Notes: a model not told the origin generated them from the letters alone. A stretch of 63,723 bases of DNA, filler included, from Collodictyon triciliatum (GCA_043381765.1; 9 parts of 9 records of this genome joined end to end with filler, not necessarily neighbours in it); one strand, 5' to 3'; shown: positions 25,912 through 38,151, counted from the whole stretch's first letter. Numbers and translations: made by a program.

Positions 25912-27480
25912 CAAAACAAAACAAAACAAAACAAAACAAAACAAAACATATTGAAAATTTACTTGGACAGTTCTTTCAGAATTCCACTCATAGCTTTATA
26001 TTTTCTTTGCTTATCCTCTGCAATTTCAATCATTTTCGTCATACTTAAGCGGAATATCATATTCATGGATAAATTAGTACTTCTTTGGAGAAACAAACAA
26101 ACAAACAAACATGCAAAAACAAACAAAAACAAACAAAAACAAACAAAAACAAACAAAAACAAACAAAAACAAACACAAAAACAAACACAAAAACACACAA
26201 AAACACACAAAAAACAAGGAAGCAAGCAAATGGGTAGACGAAAAATTACGACAAAATACACAGTAAATCTTCGACTAGTCACAACATAATCTTAATTCAT
26301 ATTTGCAAGTATTACATGACTTCTTCATCATCTGGGATGTACGCCTCTTGTTTCTAGGTAGAACAAGGGGTGATTGTAGTGGTGGGTTACTCATAAGTTA
26401 CAATTTAAGATCTACATCGCATATAAAACTAATTACCTCTATTCTGGGCCTTCTAGCACTCTTTATGAAACTGATATCCTTCTCTTTTAGCTCATCCATC
26501 TTAAAAACATCTTTCTGTAAATAGGAATTTAGTCAAATTAACTGAAGTGGCGTATATTCAAATACCAGATATGGTATAATATTATCGAAAATTTAGTAAT
26601 CGTACATCCATCATACGAGAAGCCAGCCCGATACTTTGGCCCTATGAATGTAAATATGGTATACTACTCCAATGCATATATTCTTAATTAAATGTAGAAA
26701 TCAGGCGAGTTACGAATTTCAAAAAGATATTTCAGTTACCCTGGCTATCGACGATACTTCATCACGACCGGGTGCCATTGGATTGGAATTTCTATGAAAT
26801 TAAATGGGACAGATTGAAAAAGGATAACATAATTTTCAAATAGTCAAAATAATACATTAAGCAGGTAAATAATATTTTTATACCTGATGAGATTTTATGC
26901 GGGGAAAATATACAAATATTCAAAGAAAAGTAAGACCCGTATTTCTCAGAGCGATATCCATGTCAATTCATCATTTTTTGTATACCTCTGCGTAGAAAAG
27001 TATGGACTATATGAATAAAATGACTGAAGCATTAATTATGTACCTCAGTTCACTTCTAAGAGATTGTGCTCTTGCTCGCATCTCTTCTAGAGTTCTCGTG
27101 GTGGGTTGGCCTTGGTCATCTTTAATAACTACACTGGATATCCCCTAATTCCATATATTGGGTTTTAAGAGAGTCAGTTCCAAAAAAACAACATCGGGAT
27201 AATCAAATGCCCGAATAAGTGATTGGACTAGGTATATGGAATATTATGAAGAGGAGAAATTGAAAAACAGCCATAAGCTTTTCCCCTTCGCTCTAATCGC
27301 GCTACAAAAAGGAAGAAAAGAAAAAAAAAGGAAATATGTGGATTAAAAACCAGAGGAAAATCAAAGATATACTTTTTTTCCAAAATGGAGTGATATGGGA
27401 TGCGACGGCTTCTCTGGTGTCGAATTGGATGTACTTCCTAATCTTTTGTTTTTCCGCTGGAGTGTTCGCCCGCTACTCTT
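21791..27480 (-). CDS. Uncharacterised multi-exon coiled-coil protein; ends approximate
   Basis: Chain of short in-phase GT-AG exons, e.g. TLEEMRARAQSLRSELR, KDVFKMDELKEKD, MTKMIEIAEDKQRKYK, VEFMKREKLARDDIAKLADE, EQAKRDKEALEAQKKEIISLYEEEY. No family motif recognised. Confidence 0.6.
25884..26216. repeat. Two intronic microsatellites, (AAAAC)n at ~25884-25947 and (CAAA/CAAAAACAAA)n at ~26090-26216, flanking one small exon
   Basis: Tandem units read directly. Confidence 0.9.
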
Positions 27481-27540
27481 CGTAGGGTGTGGGGCCTATC
27501 AAATTGATTTTTGCTTGAAACAAGCAGGAGGATATAGATA

Positions 27541-27639
27541 AAGAAAAGAAAAGAAAAGAAAAGAAAAGAAAAGAAAAGAAAAGAAAAGAAAAGAAAAGAA
27601 AAGAAAAGAAAAGAAAAGAAAAGAAAAGAAAAGAAAAGA
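27541..27639. repeat. (AAAAG)n microsatellite at contig end
   Basis: Perfect tandem units running into a gap. Confidence 0.95.
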
Positions 27640-27794
27640 NNNNNNNNNNNNNNNNNNNNNNNNNNNNNNNNNNNNNNNNNNNNTTAATTAATTAANNNNN
27701 NNNNNNNNNNNNNNNNNNNNNNNNNNNNNNNNNNNNNNNCAGAGTCTCATATGTGTAATATTGATGGATATTCAGCCAGCATGAATGCTTTACT

Positions 27795-30256
27795 CACAGT
27801 GTATCGAACGGCACAAATGCAGGCACATAGGGCGTGGTCAGGCACATCGGTTGGCGCGTTCCATATAGCCTATTTATAAATAAAAATAAAAATGCATCCG
27901 AAGTTGTCATGATTCATTTTTCATTGAAGATAAATTTTAATATTTTTCCCTTTATTATATTGAAAGACTAGAATAAGTGTCACATAATATTCACTAACCA
28001 CAACCGCATCGCCGATAAAGTCGACCACGGTTCCACCTGTTGCTATGATGATGCTAGAGACCTCTTCTAGATAGTCCTCCAATATCTCGACAAGTGCCTC
28101 TGCTGATATGGACTCAGATAACGTCGTGAACCCTTCGATATCTGTAAACAAAAGCATTGAATTATGGTGTGTTTCGCAAGCAGCTGGGGTTTCTTTCCCC
28201 TATAGCTCTATTTCTGATACTTCAAATAAGGAAATATGATTATCTGGCTTCATCAATCCATAAATGAGTGACCTGTAAACATCACCGTCACGTTCCTGCG
28301 ATCTAAAAACAGCTGGCCTTGGTTGTTTGAGTCTGCGACTATTCTCTTGACAACAGCCATGGGTACAAACTTTCCGAAGGACTGCAAAGCTGTGTCCATT
28401 ACCTGGTGTTAAAAAACGGTTGAGCTTCACATTTTTGAGTTTTCAACATAATTGTTTTCGCAGTATAAAAAATTGTTCCAACCTGGAATGAAGATTGAAT
28501 CATTCGAATCTCACGCAATGTAGAGCTTGAGTCACCCTGGTTTCAATTGTTTGATTCGAATCAATTGCTCATCTCACATATAGAGCACACGATGAGCTAG
28601 TTACTTTTAGCTTCCATTTAAAACTTATGTAATGTCTTTTGAAAATTTCGGTAAAAATATTTATTATTTGCATCGTAATATTTTATGATTATTACCGATA
28701 CTCTTTTCTCAAAGTTGAGCTTGGATATGTTTTGCATGGCTTCTGCGACCACTTTCAATGGCCTGAGTTACAAAAATAGTTGAAAAATGTTTTCTTGAAA
28801 TATGAAAAATATTTAAGCACTCATATGTTTTATACAATCTCTATATAAATACTCTACCTGCTGATGTAAGTCGACACAACCATTGTGATAACCAGTGTGA
28901 CGACAAAAAGCACAGCGGTAAGTACTGATGATAAAATAATCATGCTGTCGATTTTTCCAAAAATGTCGTCTCTTGGAATCAGCACCACGATAGTCCATTC
29001 GATTCCACCTCGAGGGTCGATTAGAGTTGAAGCCAATGCAAAGTATTGAGTTTTTCCATGCTTGAAAGAATAGGACCTTGTATTTGTTAAGGGTCTGATG
29101 TGTCCATTTTCGTCCTTGTCCAAAGCGTTTGCAGACTTTATCATAAGGCTGTTTTCTGTCTGCAAGTACGTGTAATGTCTTCCTGTCGAATCAACAAAAG
29201 GAGCACCCAAAGTGTTTGCGATTACCTTCGTGTCCTTCTGTAATATATAAGCAAATCCATTTTCGCTTGTCTTTATTGTGTCGAGTATATCTTGAACTAC
29301 ATACAAATACATTTCAACAGAGACAACTCCGATAATTATTTGGCTTGTTTTGTAGTCATATATAGGCCGGACTGCAGTTACTCCAAGAATAACTCCATTC
29401 GGGTTCCATGATGAATATACAGCTCCCCATGTGGGACCTTTCGCTTTTGTTGCTGCGATATACCAAGCTCTTTTTGTCACATTAAAGTTTGGGAAAGCAT
29501 TTATGAGGCGCATTTCATTTGTGGGACTCGCAAGTAAGGAGTTATTAATTGGTGAATAAAATGCTAGTGTATTATTCGTTGACTTATCAAAACATCCAAT
29601 GGATGGTACTCCAAAATCATTCCACATTCCAACCAATCCAAAATCAGTTGCCGATCCGTAGAAAGCCTTGGGTATCTTGTTAGTTCCGTTTGTCACCCCA
29701 AAAAAAGCTCTTCTTGCAGCATAAAAGTTGCAATGGTCTCGAACATTTTCGATGGACCAGCCTTGCAGAGTTGAGTTCAGTGATCTTGCTAACTCATGCG
29801 GATTATCAAGAGCAGCTTGAACCTGACTCTTAATCCTCTCCATGGTTTGGTCTTGCAGTTGGTTCGAAATATTCTCTACTGCAGAAAATCCAAAGATATA
29901 GGAGGGTACAACGCTCACCAAGGCAACAGATACAACGGAGAAGAAGGACAGCAGTAGAATCGAGTTACGCAAAGATATTGTGCGTAGGATACTCTTCTTC
30001 AATTCGGTTTGTGACTGTTTCGAATAGTACCGTGTTGGATTAATTGCGATGGTTTGATAACTTGACTGGCAGAAATTTCTTAGCATATGAAAACATCGCA
30101 AAAACCTCACTTTATGCGATCAAGAAATATTAAGGATAAATCGGGGGGAAATATACTCACTTCGGTCCAGGCGTTATTATTTGGATCTTTGGGAGCGGGC
30201 GAGTCATCTGATGCCAGAGATATGCGCTGTTTGTTTTCTTGTGTGTGAGGTGTCAT
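27795..30256 (-). CDS. Receptor-type class III nucleotide cyclase (TM-Cache-TM-HAMP-cyclase); 3' part cut by gap
   Basis: ATG at 30256. The large exon ~30065-28858 has TM1, Cache motifs (FNVTKRAWY, PTWGAVY, IGVVSVEM, GFAYIL, EWTIVVLIP) and TM2. HAMP: RPLKVVAEAM..LREIRMIQSSF. Then SFGKFVPMAVV and catalytic VTVMFTDIEGFTTLSE..GGTVVDFIGDAV..AIWNAP..DHA. Confidence 0.92.
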
Positions 30257-32458
30257 TTTCTAAATAAGGTATGATATCACAGTAGAAAATTTAGTATCAT
30301 ATTATTCTTCAATAAACTAATCGCGGCATGTAATCCAAAGCATTTTATCAGAATAGGACAAATCGCGTCTTACAGTACATTTAATAAAAGAATAAGCGAC
30401 CGAAAAAGCGAGGTTGAATGAAAATGATTATTCTATATGGGATGACTCTTGATGTAGTTGTTGTATGTTTTTAGAATGTGAAGAAATTACGCATTCGTTT
30501 TGTTATCGACGTTATATTATTGAAATATTTTACTTTTATTTGTCGATGGTATTATTATGGCATTACTATGGTTTTTTTATTGATTATTATGATAATTATT
30601 TTGATGATTATTACTATCATTACAATGTATCATTATTACTCTGGAATTGCTATTATTGTTATTATTCCTGTTATTACTGCTTGTACAATTTTCATTATTA
30701 TTCTTGAATAAGTATATATCATTATCAATGTCCTAGACTATTGATATCGTGTGATATTGAATATATTTCATTTAGATTTTTGTGGATATTGAATAATATG
30801 CACAGTACTTTCTATGCTGAGTATTGGGCATTTGTTGTGTTGTCGGAGTGTTTTAGATTGAGCTTTTCGTGTGCCTTGCTTCTTTTTGAACCATCACAAC
30901 AACAGACCTCTGAATCCCGCGGTGAATTTATAAGTTTCAATTTCTTGGATTCTCTCTATCGACTTAAAACCATACAAAATCCCACTTATACTACTTACTA
31001 TGATTTTATACTTGCATGAAAATACAAAATAACATACATGAAATTTTTGGGCTATAAAAGAGGTTTTTGTCATATGCCTAGCTTTTGAACTCTCGAAAAA
31101 TCGGCATTGGTGCGTTTCTGGCTAAAATATGATACGTATAGCAGCCGCCTCAGTCTTAGTGCGCTATTATTAAGCCATTTAGCCACTCGAACATGAGTCG
31201 GCCGTTACTTTCGCAGGGCAACAAAGGCAATTTTTGGCGCGATTATTGATAAATTTCGATGTGTGTTGGCCATTTTGTCCAATTTTTCTTGAAGCTTCAG
31301 TAAGTTCGCGGCAAAAAATGTCATTTTAAAATATATATAAGCCTGTCATTTATTGAAGTTCTGCACTGCAAAGAATGTTGTGTAACGGCTTTGCACTGTT
31401 TATAGGTTCGCTGCGGGTGAAAAATTTAATTTTATGTCGAATTCTGCCGAAATATGAGGCGTGAACAATTATATAAGAATCAAATTGGTCCTCTACAAAC
31501 CCAAAATACTGATAGCGAAGAAACCAATTGATTTTTCGTATTAAGTTTGCAAAAATTTTATTCTTGAAGTTGAGCGATATTTTTCAAATACCCATCTTCT
31601 GCATTGAAATTAGGGACTTTTAATATTAAAATGAATAATTAACATATGTTCCATAAAAATATATATATTTCCATTCTTTGAGAAACATCATATTCAAATG
31701 ACTCAATTCAAGTTGTTATTTACATTCAATCTTTAAGATAAAGACAAATTACAAATATTTCACAATAATTACGTATCTTTTTTATATAACTTAAAACACT
31801 TTCATAAAGTTGCATTGTGTTACGACAAAAATTTTCACTTTTCCATTTGTTATGAGTTTTTTTCCTTTATTCGATTCAAATCCATTTGTTATGAGTTAAT
31901 ATAATCGCTCAACTAATATAACTGTTATTCTGCTGTTTTTTATTTCATATTTCTTATTAAAATGAGCCTTTGCCTATTATTTTCCTCTAAAAACTCAATA
32001 AGTATCAGAATTACATAAAAAAGCTTTTAGAAATTTTTGACACATGTATTTTGCATTGGGCTGTAATTGACTTTCTATTGAATTTTTTGATCTCATTAAA
32101 ATATGATTCTTATTTGGCTAATTTTTCTAATTAAAAATGTCTGAAAACTAAATTAAAACTTTTATATGAGCACTTCATAATTGACTTAATGATATCTTTG
32201 AAAAGTGTACCTTTATTATTGAGAAAGATACTAAATCAATCAGCTATTTAATTTCTGCAAAGTTTTTTGCATAACAAGGTGCATGAAGGATAAAATATGA
32301 CTTTTCGCATCTCATTTTGCTCACTAAGTGAAATTCTCAAGAGGTAACCTTAAAATTTCGAAATTGCACTTAAAAACTGTCTTTAATTTTGCCATTTCCA
32401 GTTCCGTTGAAAAATGTAATCCAACGAGAAGACAAAAAATATTTACAAGCATAATTTT

Positions 32459-33110
32459 TTAACTGATTTGGATTTTACAGAGTTTATGATGTTGTAGACC
32501 AAACAGAATGTTGGAAGTGCTGAGTCGATTGGGAACATAATCAAGCTCAGAGAGCATCTCGTGGGTAGATTCTGTCACTTTTTGAGCCAGAGAGCACTTC
32601 AAAAATGTGTGTTCGATAGATTCATCTCCACTATGGTACATGGTGCATTCTGGAGAGGTCGTTGCTGCGTGGACTACACGCACACATATCCACAGCTCTC
32701 TGTTGGATATATTGAGCAGTAGGGCGCGGTGTTTCGGGAGTAACTGAGTTATACGGACTTGCTTCCTGCTTTTGACTATCGACGGGTCTATACTACTATA
32801 TTTTCGGACCAACGACTCATTTTCTCCGGTTATTAAGGATTCGGACTGATGATTTTGCATCGAAACAGCTTGAATATACCATAGACATTGAGAATTGTAG
32901 ATAATCGGGTATAATTGACCGTCTTAGGTCCTTCAGTGGAGAGAAATAAATATTAACTTCAACATTATTTTTGACCAATTATTGGTCCTTGTGTCGTTAA
33001 TATCCTTATATTATGTTCTATTCATTTGATATGGCGCCATTATATAATTATTTTTGATTATTAGAATGGGTAGTATTTTTTTCGGATATATTTCATTTTG
33101 CTGGGGGCAA
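32459..33110 (-). mobile_element. Degenerate non-LTR retrotransposon ORF2 fragment with zf-RVT-like zinc knuckle
   Basis: PECTMYHSGDESIEHTFLKCSLAQKV..NILFG is a zf-RVT-type motif with one Cys lost. It is preceded, across a frameshift, by LQFSMSMVYS. Confidence 0.75.
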
Positions 33111-33720
33111 TTTTATGTTGGTAGAACTTTGAAACAGTCTATATTCTAAAGCTTAAAAACCTTCAATTATGTAATAAAATAAGATTTCAAAGTTTCAGTT
33201 GAATTTTTTAGGGAATTTTTATATTATGATTTTTTGCTATATTTAATAAGTATTAATTGACTTGACAATTTTTTCACAAAGACAGGTTCATAAATAATCA
33301 TAATTCTCTATAAAAACTAGGCAAAAATTAATGTCGATTGTTTGAGTGAGACTTATTATTGTATTTGAATGTTTTGTTGTGTAAGAAATTGAAATTATAT
33401 ACATAGATATTTGATAATTAAACTCTTATAAACGCAACCTATTCATCCTCCTATTCTTTTGTTACTGTCAAAGTGAAAAAAATAGCGATGAATATCGAAA
33501 TTGTGAAGACTATTTTAAAATTTTTTCGATCGGAGGGTATGAAGTATAATTTTTCTTTTTAGGGTTACAAATTTCTTATACAACATTTCTATATTTCTGA
33601 AAAAAGTTGTAAAAAGAAAAACATGTATTAGTTCATTATTGAATTTGTTTTCGTCAAGGCATAGAGAGTATGATATTTTCGGCAAAATTTGGTATTCACT
33701 CTACGAACTGATAGGCACAT

Positions 33721-33721
33721 A

Positions 33722-33816
<95 letters not shown>

Positions 33817-33835
33817 TAATAATATAATAATAATA

Positions 33836-33870
<35 letters not shown>
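33721..33870. repeat. (AAT)n microsatellite
   Basis: Read directly. Confidence 0.95.
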
Positions 33871-34010
33871 TACGGTATTCTGTTTGAAAGTTGTGTATTC
33901 TTTAATAAATACATGTTATGTCAGCTAATTACTGAACAAAATTTGCTTTCATAAACTTTGAATTTTAGAAATTTATGATTAAAAAACGTTGCAAAGTTTA
34001 TAATTCATGT

Positions 34011-34424
34011 TTATTTTTTTGTAGCAGATGCTGGTGTGTTACTAGAGGTCATTTTTGAGTCGTCCTCGGTAGAACTAATACTTGAAGATAGTGGCGAAGC
34101 AAGCACAATATCAAGGTAATTGAAAGGGCGAGGGGTGTACTCATAGTTGGATATTGGATTGTTTTTCTGGAAAAGTGGCGATAAGGGTGAGTATTTCATG
34201 GGTACTGCAGCGGGGTTTAAAGAGTTAATGTTCCTTTGGTGGAGTTTGGATTTCACATGTTCTTTGTGTGCCTGTCCTGAAAATCCGCGCCATCTCGGGC
34301 AATTAGGACACATAAATTCAATTCGATGACGATTTGGATTAAGCTTGCATATGTTCAGGTGTAATTGGTGATTCCTCTTTGATGAAAGCTCCTTGGTGCA
34401 ATAAGGGCATTTAAATTTGACCAT
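34011..34424 (-). CDS. Small intronless zinc-finger protein (C2HC + C2H2/matrin-like), 137 aa
   Basis: ATG at 34424. CPYC-x12-H-x3-C, then CPNC...HKEHVKSKLH, then an S/P-rich tail. Confidence 0.6.
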   Translation of the reverse strand: MVKFKCPYCTKELSSKRNHQLHLNICKLNPNRHRIEFMCPNCPRWRGFSGQAHKEHVKSKLHQRNINSLNPAAVPMKYSPLSPLFQKNNPISNYEYTPRPFNYLDIVLASPLSSSISSTEDDSKMTSSNTPASATKK

Positions 34425-35179
34425 CTCAGTAAAATAGACTTCTTCCTATTTTTTATTTTCTGTATTTTTATAGTTTAGAATTCACCAATATTATGTTTTT
34501 CTAAGCTTTTCGATTGTCTGCATAAGACACTTTGGAACAAAAAATTATGGTTTCAATAAATTAAATGAATATTTTGATTTTTTGTCTTCTGTCGTACTTT
34601 GTGTAAATTTCGAGGTTGGTCGAAGTTTCTTTACTGATGCGGTTCGTAAATACTGAAGAAGCATTTTATTCTTTCTATATGCCACACGACTATCAACCAG
34701 CAAGAGGAAAATAAGTTCTCTTCAAAGCCGTCCAAGGTCTTTGCTGTTCCTGCAGCACAAGTTATGCAATTGATTTAATGAAGAAAAAATTAATCATAAT
34801 AACAAGAAATCCCGCCCATATTTAAATCCAAGCAAATTAGAAATTTCACTGAATATTCCTTCATTTATTCGTGCAATTCATTGAAGCTGGATGGAAAAAT
34901 GGAAATTGGTTTGAAGAATTCAAACCTTTTGCATTTTTTTCGTGCATTTCATACATACATTCTTTAAGCACTACATAACGCAATTCAAATAAATGCGTCA
35001 TAAGCGTCAATTTAAAGCGAGGTATAAAGAGAAATATAGATTCAGTCGTGTTAGAAATATATCGTGAAGCATGTATTGTAATTTTGGGGAAAGTTTTCTA
35101 ATAAATGTTAATCGCACCTGAGCTGCGTGCCCACGCCTGATGAAAATCCGAGCTTCCCACGCTTGAAGGAAAAGATCAG

Positions 35180-36395
35180 CCAAAGGCTTTGCAAGTTGCA
35201 GCCAGTTCTTCTAGTTCCAACACTGATGCGGAAAACCCCCAACTTTCATGCAAGTCTAGGAAGACCCGTGCAAGGAAGCCGCCTGCAAGTCTGTCTGATC
35301 GGACAGTATTTTTGCACGGGGTCGAGCAAGGTCTTTACAATAATAACAAGGCCCGCGGGCTAACAGATGCGCCTCATACTTGAAAGCGAACAAACTTTGG
35401 GAAGAGTCCATCCAACTGCGCCTAATGAACAGCGAAGGCCTTTGCCTGATCGCCTTCCGCACTGCAGTAAACGCCCGAAAAGCTTCTGGAGCTGAAGCAA
35501 GTAAGTTTGATTGATATTACGATCAGCTTCAGCAGAAGTAAATCAACAGAGACCTCGGTGATGCTCTACCAACTACCGCTGAACGTGTGGCCACAACTCC
35601 TTCGTGAGGAGCTAAAGCCGTTCAGAGAGACCCACGTGGAAATCAAAAGGGACAAAGGCTTCTTCACAGACACAGCCGTAGTGAGGCTTCTTTGTCACAA
35701 GAACCAGCTCCCTGCAAAGTTTACGGTCATGGGCAAAAAGCGTCCAAAGCGCATCCTCAAAGAGCGTCCACCAGCCGCGAACAACGAACGACAAGTAAAA
35801 CCTTCGCAAAAGAATACACCCGCCAAGCAGGCAAGCAGCAATGGGGTCAAGGAAGCCAAGGCCAGGCAACAACAGAGCCCGCAAGACTCACAGCAGATAC
35901 GCGCATACAGCGACAGCAGCGATGACATGGAATGAAATATCGGTTCCTCTTCAGAATCCTCGCACTCGAGCCCTCCACCGCCAACGCCGGACAAGCCCGC
36001 ACATCGCAAGACCCAAGAGCAGCGCATCTCCAAACCCCGAAAGAAATCCCCCTTAAACTACCCATTCAGACTGACGTGAATATGGTTAACATAGGAGGCC
36101 TCAAGGCAGTCTTCGTTACATATCCGAAAGGATACTCCAAAGCGAATGCAACACAAGAACCAGCGCCCACCAAAGATAGTCCGTTTACCCTGCCCCAGCC
36201 CGTCGCACCGAGAACCAAGGAGCATGAGCAAACAGCACAAGTCGAATCCAAGCTTGGAACTCCACACACTAAAGATAGTCTGAGCAAGCAAGAGCGCATG
36301 TTTCTAAAACCACGAACGCGTATCCATACTCCGGTTAAGCAAAGTCCACTGCCGGCTACGCATGGTCCCGAAACCAGGGGATGGTTAAGTACCAC
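35180..36395 (+). mobile_element. Frameshifted ORF1-like (RRM/gag-like) relic of an L1/Tx1-type retrotransposon
   Basis: GC-richer intronless block. RTVFLHGV..LCLIAFRT..VMLYQLPLNVWPQLLREELKPF..FFTDTAVVRLL..LPAKFTVMG resembles Tx1 ORF1 RRM segments and is followed by a P/Q/S-rich tail. Several frameshifts. Confidence 0.5.
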
Positions 36396-36399
36396 TTCC

Positions 36400-36931
36400 A
36401 TTTTTTATTCTCCCTTTCAATGTTGTGCATGATGGTGGAGATTTTGGCTTATTTCGCTAGCCATCGTTTGCATGGACGCTACTTGGTGGCCGGGTGGCGG
36501 AGAAGTAGTCGGTAATCAGGAATTGCATCTGCGATTTAGCACGTAGCCTGGGTCTTGTGCTTGCATGAGAGATACAAAGCGAGGTTTAATATCCTTCTCA
36601 GCCTCTTTCCACATGTCTCTTCCCACAGGGTCGGAGTAGTAGAGAACGTGCAGGTGGCGAAGAAAGCTGTTGAGGAAAGGGATTTGTATGATGTCATCCA
36701 GTTTATTATCAGGAATGGGTGGCTGGTTGTTGAGTCTTGCTTTGCGTGAGTATATGCGCGCTATCCACATAGTCCATAGCAAATGGCCTCGCGGCACTGC
36801 CCAGAATGTTTTTGCATCTGGGCGCAGCTGTTGCAGAGGCCCAAATATCGCCTGGATTGAGCCAACAGCCGCAGCCGTCTTGAGTGTCAGTCGGAGAATC
36901 TCACCGGCTATTTTGCGCAGGTTTTGAGCGA
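36400..36931 (-). mobile_element. 3' end of non-LTR retrotransposon ORF2 plus 3' UTR; cut by gap
   Basis: Frame open from the gap: AQNLRKIAGEIL..QAIFGPL..FWAVPRGHLLWTMWIARI, the post-zf-RVT LWxxWxAR motif. Stop at 36516. AATAAAAAA on the minus strand at ~36401-36409. Confidence 0.75.
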
Positions 36932-37031
36932 NNNNNNNNNNNNNNNNNNNNNNNNNNNNNNNNNNNNNNNNNNNNTTAATTAATTAANNNNNNNNNNNNN
37001 NNNNNNNNNNNNNNNNNNNNNNNNNNNNNNN

Positions 37032-37281
37032 ATGGTTTTTATATGGTTTTTTATATGGTTTTTATATGGTTTTTTATATGGTTTTTATATGGTTTTTTAT
37101 ATGGTTTTTATATGGTTTTTTATATGGTTTTTTTTCTATGGTTTTTTTTCTATGGTTTTTTTTCTATGGTTTTTTTCTATGGTTTTTTTCTATGGTTTTT
37201 TTTCTATGGTTTTTTTCTATGGTTTTTTTCTATGGTTTTTTTTTCTATGGTTTTTTTTTCTATGGTTTTTTTATGGTTTTT
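37032..37281. repeat. (TATGGTTTTT[T]n) 11-15 bp satellite
   Basis: About 20 units, changing from atatggtttttt to ctatggtttttt. Confidence 0.92.
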
Positions 37282-38151
37282 AATTTTGAAGCCTAGGTGG
37301 CATTATGTATCCTGTTGCTCGACAAGTGCACCGCCAAGGGCGAACGGGAACATTATCATTTCAGTCCTTCAGAAATGAATAATAGAATATTTTTATTTAT
37401 ATTTGCTTCACCGCGATTGTTTGGCTGCGTTTTTGCCGGATCCCACCTTGAAAGCACGACCACAAAATCAACAACAGTCTCAAAAAATAATCTTTGTCAT
37501 TCCGAAGAAGGTCAGTTAAAAAAAAAAGTTCTTGTTCATAGTCGCGTTTGCAGCAGCTACTTGCTCTCAAGAAACGAAGGGCACAGTGTACCTCGACATA
37601 TCGCGTCAGTGTCTTTTGTTTTGTTGCTGTTGGTTCCGTTTGGTTCGGATTCGCTTGGGATTGGAAACATAATGAATCTCAAAGGACGGAAGAGTGGCTG
37701 ATCAAAGCGAGAAAAAAAGGATCAGATTCAAAAATTCGAAATTGAGTTATCCACATATGCATGATACCGTACTTTTTTTCTTTTTTTTTTCTCTTTGATT
37801 TGGTTTCTCGCTTACAGGTTCATTCTATTTAGCACACGGCGATAGTTTATTGGACAATATGGAGGGCGCATGGAAAACAGTGCAAAATAATCCGCAGGTT
37901 TTGAATCAGCACAGAGGATGATAGAATTTCACAAAAAGCACAGTGATAAGCTGGATGAAAAAAAGAAGGAAGAGGAAAGGTTCGGCGAATCTAGTCAGAT
38001 GGGTTCGAATTCAGCGGAGACAAGGCAAACTGCGGTCTAAGGTTTGTTTCGTGATTCACTTTGTCAGATAATATCATTAGGGTTCGGTTATAATGATTGA
38101 AAATTGGTGACATCTGCTGTTGTTTAATATGCTTCTTGGTTATTTGTTATC

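Noticed and set aside
26793-27044. Internal CAG|GTAT sites suggesting recursive splicing or micro-exons
   Set aside because: The flanking exons already join in frame, and the motif is expected by chance in AT-rich introns.
30300-32450. Possible MITE/TIR element or RNA gene in the AT-rich island; 17-bp direct repeat at 31842/31881
   Set aside because: I could not identify convincing terminal inverted repeats, a TSD, or a tRNA/rRNA structure by eye.
37032-37281. Telomere-like TATGGTTTTT repeat
   Set aside because: Unit length varies and the array is internal to the scaffold; nothing supports a telomere.
37817-38040. Possible flavin amine-oxidase-like C-terminal fragment (GDSLLDNMEGAW..GFESAQR)
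   Set aside because: It needs a frameshift, is short, and gives no coherent gene model.
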